Of a stretch of 64,000 bases of DNA, positions 56,982 to 64,000 are shown in pieces. The stretch comes from Candidatus Heimdallarchaeota archaeon. GTDB lineage: Archaea > Asgardarchaeota > Heimdallarchaeia > Heimdallarchaeales > Heimdallarchaeaceae. Where the stretch lies: the NCBI GenBank assembly GCA_016839945.1, contig JAEOTE010000027.1:17842-81841 (forward strand), given 5' to 3'. Made by a program: the position numbers and the translations under genes. Numbering within the stretch: the stretch's first letter is position 1; each line of letters opens with the position of its first letter. Under the pieces are notes generated by a model. That model was not told the origin of the DNA, ran no database searches, and was given only the letters and a program-made list of their open reading frames with translations.

Positions 56982-58751
56982 GTGAAATTCAATGAATTGA
57001 GTAAATGTTATTTGGAATTAGAAAAAACACAAAAGAAACTTGAAATGATTGATATTCTTGCAGATACTCTAAAGCATTCAACTTCAGATGAGATAGGTAA
57101 AATAGCTTTCTTGACTTTAGGTAAATTATATCCTGATTTTGAAGGAATAAAATTGATGCTAGCAGAAAAAATGGTTATCAAAGCTTTATCACTTGCAACT
57201 GGCACAAGCGAAAAATCAATAACAACTATATTTGAGGAAGTTGGAGACTTAGGTAAAACTACTTTTCAGCTCCTTGAAAAAAAACCTCAAACTAGCCTTC
57301 TTTCATTCACACAAACAAAAGAAGAAGAAAAGGAATTTGAAATTACTGAGGTCTGGGAAATCTTAGATAAAATAGCTAGGATGTCTGGAGAAGGTTCTGC
57401 AGACAAAAAGATTAAAACACTAGCAGGTTTGATATCAAAAGTTACTCCTCTGGAAGCACGTTTCATAATACGAATAGTTATAGGTCAACTAAGAATAGGG
57501 GTTGAGTCACATCTTTTGTTGGAAGCTCTTTCAGTCTCCAAAACAGGTTCAAGGGAGAGTAAATCTCTACTAGAAAGAGCATATAACAGGAATGCAGATA
57601 TAGGATTTGTTGCAGAACAACTGTATAAAGGAGGGGTAGAAGCAATTAAGCTAATAGAAGTTAGATTATTTAATCCAATTCGTGTAATGCTTGCACAAAG
57701 AGTGTCTAATTCAGAGGAACTACTAGAAAAATTTGGTGGTAAATGCTCATTGGAATATAAATACGATGGACTAAGAGTGCAAATCCATAAAAAGGAAGAT
57801 GACATCAAACTTTTTTCCAGAAAACCTGAAGATATCACCAATCAGTTCCCAGATGTTACCAAATTCATAAAAGAAGCAGCAATTGAAGACGAAATAATCA
57901 TTGAAGGTGAAATTGTTGCTTACGATCTAACAAAGGAAAAAATTCTTCCTTTCCAGCAAGTAGCTCAAAGAAAAAGAAAATATGATGTTGATCAGAAAAT
58001 TGAGGAAATCCCTGTTAGAGTTTATCTTTTTGATGTTCTGTATTGCTACAATGAATCAAGACTAGACACATCGTATCTAGAAAGAAGGAAATTTTTGACC
58101 GAAATAATAAAGGAAACAGAGAATATTAGATTCTCTCATCAGCTGGTAGTTGATAATACTGATGACATAGAGATTTTCTTTAATCAAGCACTAGAAAACA
58201 GCTGTGAAGGAGTAATGGGAAAGGATGTTTCTCCTGATTCTATTTATCAAGCAGGAGCCCGAGGATGGAATTGGGTTAAGTTTAAGCAAGATTATATTTT
58301 ACCAGATACATTTGATTTAGTAATCATTGGAGCTGATTATGGTAAAGGGAAGAGAGCAGGCAAATATGGAACTTTCCTTTTGGGTTGCTATAATCCAGAA
58401 AACTTAGTTTATCAAACTTTTACTTGGGTAGGAGCAGGTTTTACTGATGAAGATTTAGATACTTTGTATAAAATGCTAAAAACATTAAGCAGAGATAAAC
58501 CAAAACAAGTTGAAAGTAACATAGAAAGCCCCGTATGGTTTGATCCTCAGATTGTAATAGAAATAGAAGGCGCAGAGATTACTGTAAGTCCTATGCATAC
58601 TTGTGCAAAAGGAGAACTAGAAGAGAAATCTGATGGTTTGGCCTTAAGATTTCCTAGATTTACAGGTAAAATAGTTGAAGATAGATTAGCTGAACAAGCA
58701 ACTTCAACTGAGGAAATACACCAAATATATTTAAATAAAAAGGATAAATAA
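56982..58751 (+). CDS. lig: ATP-dependent DNA ligase (archaeal type)
   Basis: EYKYDG adenylation motif, IIEGE, LFDVL, EGVMGK, YQAGARGWNWVKFK, LRFPRF. Confidence 0.97.
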   Translation: MKFNELSKCYLELEKTQKKLEMIDILADTLKHSTSDEIGKIAFLTLGKLYPDFEGIKLMLAEKMVIKALSLATGTSEKSITTIFEEVGDLGKTTFQLLEKKPQTSLLSFTQTKEEEKEFEITEVWEILDKIARMSGEGSADKKIKTLAGLISKVTPLEARFIIRIVIGQLRIGVESHLLLEALSVSKTGSRESKSLLERAYNRNADIGFVAEQLYKGGVEAIKLIEVRLFNPIRVMLAQRVSNSEELLEKFGGKCSLEYKYDGLRVQIHKKEDDIKLFSRKPEDITNQFPDVTKFIKEAAIEDEIIIEGEIVAYDLTKEKILPFQQVAQRKRKYDVDQKIEEIPVRVYLFDVLYCYNESRLDTSYLERRKFLTEIIKETENIRFSHQLVVDNTDDIEIFFNQALENSCEGVMGKDVSPDSIYQAGARGWNWVKFKQDYILPDTFDLVIIGADYGKGKRAGKYGTFLLGCYNPENLVYQTFTWVGAGFTDEDLDTLYKMLKTLSRDKPKQVESNIESPVWFDPQIVIEIEGAEITVSPMHTCAKGELEEKSDGLALRFPRFTGKIVEDRLAEQATSTEEIHQIYLNKKDK

Positions 58752-58764
58752 GGAATGACAGCAA

Positions 58765-59337
58765 ATGTTTGGTCGAAAGAAAAAAGAAGAAGAAGTAGAA
58801 GAAGATTTATCTGAAAAACCAAGTGAGGCATTAAAAATCTTAAGCACAAATATTGAAACCTATGCAGGTTATCATGAATTAGAACATAGAAAAAATTCAG
58901 ATGTTGCATTTAGATCCAAGCTGCTTAAGATAATGAGAGATGCGGGAGACTCAATGAGTCAGGTTCATGAGCTCTTAATTCATTCCCAATTATTAACTAG
59001 TTGGGGACCAGCTGGATTAGTTGTGAAAAAAATAGGTGACATTAGAAGAGATGCTTCAGATACGGATTATAAATATTCTACTTTTTTCGACGTAAAAGAT
59101 GTAGAAGGAGAACATGGTTTGGATTTATCGATAGTATATTTACTAGAAATTGAAATTCTTGATCATGCAGAAGAATTCAAAGACAGAATACTTGATGTTC
59201 AAACTAATCTAGAAGAGATGATGTTAGACACTATTGAAGATAACGTTGCATTATTAATGTCTCTTAGTAACAATCTATATACAAGATTTAATGAAAGAAA
59301 TGAGCTGATAAGAGCTTTCGAAAAAATGAAACTATGA
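58765..59337 (+). CDS. Conserved hypothetical helical protein
   Basis: GY.E.E.R..SD..FR and Y.YS.FFD motifs resemble an uncharacterised prokaryotic family; function unknown. Confidence 0.6.
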   Translation: MFGRKKKEEEVEEDLSEKPSEALKILSTNIETYAGYHELEHRKNSDVAFRSKLLKIMRDAGDSMSQVHELLIHSQLLTSWGPAGLVVKKIGDIRRDASDTDYKYSTFFDVKDVEGEHGLDLSIVYLLEIEILDHAEEFKDRILDVQTNLEEMMLDTIEDNVALLMSLSNNLYTRFNERNELIRAFEKMKL

Positions 59338-59634
59338 TTTAATACTCTTTATCTTCTTTAATATCGAATCTGTAGAATAGCCAGTTATACTTACTATTTT
59401 TGTTTTAGATTTTAATCCACTAACAATCGATAAAGATGATGTTGGAATAGATAGTATTTTTGATAAATGTTTAATTAAAGCTTGGTTTGCTTTTCCTTTT
59501 ACTGGAGGTTCTTTGATAAAAATATCAAAGGAAAAATCACTTATCTCAATTCTGTTTTTGGGTGAACGCGGATGTAACTGAATTGTGAGAAATATACTAT
59601 TATCCCTCTCTTTAAAAAAAGGTGGAAAAGACAA
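59332..59634 (-). CDS. DUF167 / YggU family protein
   Basis: P.S.KN.I, PPVKGKANQALIK.LSK.L, IVSG.KSK.K. Confidence 0.92.
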   Translation of the reverse strand: MSFPPFFKERDNSIFLTIQLHPRSPKNRIEISDFSFDIFIKEPPVKGKANQALIKHLSKILSIPTSSLSIVSGLKSKTKIVSITGYSTDSILKKIKSIKS

Positions 59635-59646
59635 AAAGCCACCATA

Positions 59647-60015
59647 TTAAGCTACTTTAGCAGCTAATCTAGCAGCTGAAGCGTAAGCATATTCTTTCTG
59701 CACATTTGCTGGAGACCAAGCTATAACGCATCCAGCCCATTTGGGGCATCTTGCAACAATTAAATGTCCTTGTCCCCCTAAATTTGAGGAAATAAGTCTA
59801 TCGGGAGACATTGTAATAACTGTAAATTTCAAATCTCCGCCAAAATTTATATCAGGAACCTGATTCTTCCATGCATTAAATGGAATTGTAGGATCAACCT
59901 GCCAATCTCCATATGTATAATATACTTTCAAATCATCTCCCATTAACCAAACCACACCAACAGTTCCTTCTGCAGCTATTCTCGCAACTTCATCTTGAAA
60001 GCTCAAAGTACTCAC
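59647..60015 (-). CDS. Asgard-type profilin (actin regulator)
   Basis: 122 aa; YGDWQVDP..FNAW...INFGG.LKFTVI..SPDRLISSNLGGQGHLIVA resembles Asgard profilins (nW.v, GvKy.vl..t.erl.a.n..G.Ghiv). Confidence 0.8.
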   Translation of the reverse strand: MSTLSFQDEVARIAAEGTVGVVWLMGDDLKVYYTYGDWQVDPTIPFNAWKNQVPDINFGGDLKFTVITMSPDRLISSNLGGQGHLIVARCPKWAGCVIAWSPANVQKEYAYASAARLAAKVA

Positions 60016-60186
60016 CTTCTGATATTATGCTTACATTCTCCTTTTATTAATTTTTTCTAGAGGCAAGTTTAGAATCTAATAAAATCCTTGCTACTAAGAG
60101 TAAATTTGTCTATATTTCTATTGAAATTTCTTTTTGGGTAGTTTAGCAATATATTTTTAGGAGTTATTCCTTAATCATAATTAATA

Positions 60187-62700
60187 ATGTCAGAAGAAGA
60201 TACAAGTATTAGGAAAAGACGAATTTTACGTTTCATTAGAGATTTAGATCTTAGGTATATTCGAGGTTCAATTGATAGAAGAACATACCAGACTTTAAAG
60301 AACAAATATCAAGAAATTATGACAAGTCTTCCCTCTTCTTTAAAAACGCAAGAACAACTAAAATCTATTGAAGAAACAATAGAAGCTCTTCCACAACTTG
60401 AATCAGATATTCAGGAAATAGAAAAAGAAGAAGTTGAACTTGCTCCAACTCCGCCACCTGCAAGAAAAATAAAAATCCCTGCTATTGAATTAGAAAACAT
60501 ACCAATTGTAGAGATAGAGGAATTAAAAGTAAGATATGTAATGAATCTAGCAATTAAAGGTGCAACTAAAACTTTTGAAGAAGAAATGAATTGGGAACAA
60601 GATTATGTTGCAGGAAAAATCAATGACCAAGATTATCTAGCAAAAAGAAATGAAATAGAAGCCAAACAACATAAAATCTTCCAGCATTTCTATAAATTAT
60701 CAGAGCTGCTATTTTCAGTTAATAAAGATCATTTGTATAAAAACACTCACAACAATTTCCTTCTATTTAATAATGAATTGAGTGAGAATATCAATCGTCT
60801 TAGGAGAATGGAAACTGAGAAAAAGGAACTAAAAGGGATAATTTATGATATAAATGAAAGAGTACTAAGACACAGACCTATCCTTAAGAAAGCAGCTCAA
60901 GACACATTGAATTGGAAAGTTACAATACAGCAAGAAAAAGAAAAATTCAGTCATTTCTATGAAACCAATAAAAGCGATTTACCAGCAAATCAAGCTGAGG
61001 AAGTAGGAAGGATAACAAGCCAACTTGAAATCTATGAAGAATTACTAGATGAGGATATTAATGATTATGCAAAAGATTTGGATGCCATGGATGTAATCTA
61101 TGGTGAGCATTTACGTTATCAAGAAATAATAACTCCATATTTCAAAAATTTAGCATATGAAACAGAAGATAGAATACAGAAATATAGTGAAGTAATTAGT
61201 TATCTACAATTTAGATCGAAGTTAGCGGTATCATCAAGTTTTGCAAGTAGAGATCTTGACTATCAACTAATGTCTGAATTAAAATCTCTATGGAGATATT
61301 CAGGGAAACCAGTCTTAGATGATCAGAAAGAATTAGTTGGATTTCTTGTGGGTCCAGGACAATTGAATGACCAATACGGAATAATAATCAGACATCATCA
61401 AGAAGTATCTTTTGCAACAATAAGAAGAATCTATGATCTTGTTGTTACTTCAAGAAAGAAGAAAGAAGATCTTTCAGAGGAAGATAAGAAGGAATTTCTA
61501 CTTAACGACATACCGAAGATTATTCCTCAAATCCCATTCCCATATCTCACCCCTAATATTCTACTTGAATATTGTAAGAGAAAAGAACATCCACTATCAG
61601 ATGAGATTAAGCAAGTTATGTTACAACCAGAGAATTATCTTTTTATTCCAATAGATTATGTAACAAAGAGCAGTAGAGAAGTCAATATTAGTAATCAAAG
61701 TGTAATGCAAAATGGTGATGTTTTACCTTATTTCAATCCAACAGAGAGTAATATGATAAGTGAACACCTAACTAGTAATAAAGATATAGAAGTTAAAGAT
61801 ATAATTGGTAATGATCTAGGAAAGGCTCATTCAGTTATTTACCATCCTGATAAAGGGTACTTCTTAGTAGTTCAGAAGGATACACTCTCAAAGTTCTTGT
61901 ACGAACAAATTTATGATTTCTTATTTACTGAAACTCTTCCTTCAGAAGCAAATATCTCTTCAATTTCTGCTGATAAGAAGAAATTAGAGGTGATTTCAAA
62001 ATTAGCAGAAGAACATGATGTTTCGAAAGAAGAAGTAGATTCAAAAGAATTTCTACAGAAGTTTTTAATAGAGAAGAATACAGGAATCTTACCTGAAAAA
62101 GTTGAGAATGCACAGTATATTCTTTATTCTCTTGGAAATGTTCGTATCATTAGTGACACAATACAACTAAATTATGGATCTCCTTCATTTGAATTATCTG
62201 AGATTTTTGATTTACAAGGAAAAGTTGTTGAAAATGTTAAAGGAACAGAAGTTGGAGTTGTGTTTAATCTCAAGCTTCTCGAAAAACCTGTATTAAATAT
62301 CTGGACATCGATAGACCTGATGTTAATTGCTTCATTTATTCATGATAATCCTGAGAAGCTATTTGAAGATGATAAAAATTTCATAGATAACCTAGCAATT
62401 TCTATTGGTAAACAACTTAGTATAGCTCCTCAAATTGCTTTACGACCAGATATTGTGATGACTTTTATGAATCTTTCAGGAAAAATTTCTGATTTTGATT
62501 ATATGCAAGAAACGATGGAGAAATTCAATCCAAAGACTGTTGAATTATCGAGGATAATTTCAGTTGATAAAAGAAAGATTCTAGCTGATTTGAGTGATCA
62601 GGAAATTATGGAAGAAATATATACAGATATTGAAGTTGGAGAAATAGACGACGAACATAGGTATGTAACCTCACCGGATTATTTCCTAAGAGATCAATAA
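60187..62700 (+). CDS. Large coiled-coil protein with three PRC-barrel-like repeats (CdvA-like elements)
   Basis: GKPVLDDQKELVG, EVKDIIGNDLG and GKVVENVKGTEVG with matching closing strands; N-terminal Y.RG.I....Y motifs. Confidence 0.6.
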   Translation: MSEEDTSIRKRRILRFIRDLDLRYIRGSIDRRTYQTLKNKYQEIMTSLPSSLKTQEQLKSIEETIEALPQLESDIQEIEKEEVELAPTPPPARKIKIPAIELENIPIVEIEELKVRYVMNLAIKGATKTFEEEMNWEQDYVAGKINDQDYLAKRNEIEAKQHKIFQHFYKLSELLFSVNKDHLYKNTHNNFLLFNNELSENINRLRRMETEKKELKGIIYDINERVLRHRPILKKAAQDTLNWKVTIQQEKEKFSHFYETNKSDLPANQAEEVGRITSQLEIYEELLDEDINDYAKDLDAMDVIYGEHLRYQEIITPYFKNLAYETEDRIQKYSEVISYLQFRSKLAVSSSFASRDLDYQLMSELKSLWRYSGKPVLDDQKELVGFLVGPGQLNDQYGIIIRHHQEVSFATIRRIYDLVVTSRKKKEDLSEEDKKEFLLNDIPKIIPQIPFPYLTPNILLEYCKRKEHPLSDEIKQVMLQPENYLFIPIDYVTKSSREVNISNQSVMQNGDVLPYFNPTESNMISEHLTSNKDIEVKDIIGNDLGKAHSVIYHPDKGYFLVVQKDTLSKFLYEQIYDFLFTETLPSEANISSISADKKKLEVISKLAEEHDVSKEEVDSKEFLQKFLIEKNTGILPEKVENAQYILYSLGNVRIISDTIQLNYGSPSFELSEIFDLQGKVVENVKGTEVGVVFNLKLLEKPVLNIWTSIDLMLIASFIHDNPEKLFEDDKNFIDNLAISIGKQLSIAPQIALRPDIVMTFMNLSGKISDFDYMQETMEKFNPKTVELSRIISVDKRKILADLSDQEIMEEIYTDIEVGEIDDEHRYVTSPDYFLRDQ

Positions 62701-62737
62701 ATCTAGATAAGAAGAAGAACACTAGAGGAATAGGAAC

Positions 62738-63610
62738 ATGAAGTCTATATTTTTAGGTTTTTTTCCAATTAGCAAATTATCTGAAATAAAAAAGAAAAAT
62801 TCAGTTCTCTTGTATGGATTACCTTTTGAAAGAATTAAGGCAACTCCCGGAGGATCTAAAAAAGCTCCTGATGCATTAAGAAAACAATCAATGGAATTTA
62901 GTGGGATCTCAAGTGATTTCAATATGTTTGAAAATAAATCTGATTATTTTGATTTTGGAAATATTGATCCCATAAGAGAAAAAGAAAAAATAAAGAAAAT
63001 CTGGAAAAAAACAGATGATTTAAATCTTCGATTATTAGTTCTAGGTGGAGATCATAGTATAACCTATGATACTTTGTCTCAAGCTCCTTGGAATGAAAAA
63101 ACTGCTGTCATTTGGTTGGATGCTCATGCAGATTTAGCAGATGAATATCCTCCTGGGATTTTTTACTCTCATGGTACTGTTTTCACAAATCTAAAAAAGG
63201 ATAATAATCTAGCTGGAAACCAAATGCTGCTAATTGGAGGTCATGCATACACTCAAACTAAAGAAGAGTTTCATAAATTAAAGAACAAAGAAGTATCATT
63301 TATTCCAATGCATCAGTTTTTCGAAAGCAAAGAAGAATCTATGAAAACTATAAGAGAGTTTGTTAAAGATAAGGATAGAGTTTTTCTAAGCTTAGATGTA
63401 GATTCAATAGATCAAGCTTATGTTCCAACCTTGGGAACTGCTGAACCTTTTGGTTTAACACCATATCTTTTAGTTGAAATTCTCAAATTAATCTTGCCTA
63501 AAACTTCATATGTTGATATTGTAGAAACACAGTTTGAAAAAACAAATAGAATAGCTTTGAATTTTGTGGTAGGTCTTGTTTTCAAAATTTTAGAAATTTG
63601 GGAAACTTAA
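62738..63610 (+). CDS. speB: Arginase/agmatinase family ureohydrolase
   Basis: PG.KKAP.ALR, GGDHS, DAHAD, HGT, SLDVDSID, GT.EP.G, DIVE. Confidence 0.9.
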   Translation: MKSIFLGFFPISKLSEIKKKNSVLLYGLPFERIKATPGGSKKAPDALRKQSMEFSGISSDFNMFENKSDYFDFGNIDPIREKEKIKKIWKKTDDLNLRLLVLGGDHSITYDTLSQAPWNEKTAVIWLDAHADLADEYPPGIFYSHGTVFTNLKKDNNLAGNQMLLIGGHAYTQTKEEFHKLKNKEVSFIPMHQFFESKEESMKTIREFVKDKDRVFLSLDVDSIDQAYVPTLGTAEPFGLTPYLLVEILKLILPKTSYVDIVETQFEKTNRIALNFVVGLVFKILEIWET

Positions 63611-63654
63611 CGATATAGAGTAAAGTTTATTTTTTACCAAAGAAATTTCTTTTT

Positions 63655-64000
63655 ATGACTTCAAAAAAAGTAATTTTTACTGATAAAGCGCCAGCTCCTG
63701 TAGGTCCTTATTCACAAGCTGTTCAAGCTGGACAATTCCTATACATAGCAGGTCAGATACCAGCAGATCCTTCTTCAGGTGAGATTATTATTGGTGATGT
63801 ACAAAAAGCTACAAAGCAAGTATTAGATAATATAAAAGTAATCTTAGAAGATGCTGGATATTCTTTACTAGATGTAGTAAGATGTAGAGTCTATCTTAAG
63901 GATATGAATGACTTTGGAAAAATGAATGAAATATATGCGACATTCTTTACCGAAAAACCTCCTGCAAGAGTAGCAGTAGAAGTGAGTAGACTTCCAAAAG
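63655..64000 (+). CDS. ridA: RidA/YjgF/UK114 family protein (3' end outside window)
   Basis: Manual translation [39 protein letters not shown]...[26 protein letters not shown]; absent from the ORF track because it is truncated. Confidence 0.93.
   Translation, partial: MTSKKVIFTDKAPAPVGPYSQAVQAGQFLYIAGQIPADPSSGEIIIGDVQKATKQVLDNIKVILEDAGYSLLDVVRCRVYLKDMNDFGKMNEIYATFFTEKPPARVAVEVSRLPK

Noticed and set aside
58765-59337. MFGRKKK N-terminus suggesting an ESCRT-III/Snf7 protein
   Set aside because: The rest lacks the long basic helical hairpin and acidic tail pattern; its motifs fit a different uncharacterised family.

Overview
AT-rich, gene-dense archaeal DNA, most likely from an Asgard archaeon (Heimdallarchaeia-like). 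This is inferred from an Asgard-type profilin, a Rab-like small GTPase, a longin-like domain, a PCI domain, an archaeal ATP-dependent DNA ligase and an A/V-type ATPase. No rRNA, tRNA, CRISPR array or transposase was recognised. Main blocks: a surface 7-blade beta-propeller gene with DNA-level repeats; three tandem Cys-nucleophile alpha/beta hydrolases facing DegV; a trio of divergent 6-TM paralogues; a TusA-SQR-TusA-DsrE-DsrE-HTH sulfur operon; a radical SAM/SPASM gene coupled to a 61-aa ORF; a Rab-like GTPase operon; a GNAT + NSAR/OSBS pair; a complete but rearranged A/V-ATPase cluster (F<- A B D USP E I K -> C<- H->); and a MinD / IFT52-like / ligase / YggU / profilin / triple-PRC-barrel region. 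The most promising novelty is a dispersed small-GTPase regulatory toolkit (three pseudo-GTPases, a 7TM-longin fusion, a GAP1-N/DENN-like protein, a pseudo-CofD-PCI-C2H2 protein) and a CdvA-like coiled-coil/PRC-barrel protein divergent from profilin. All family calls come from reading motifs by eye; no database searches were run.
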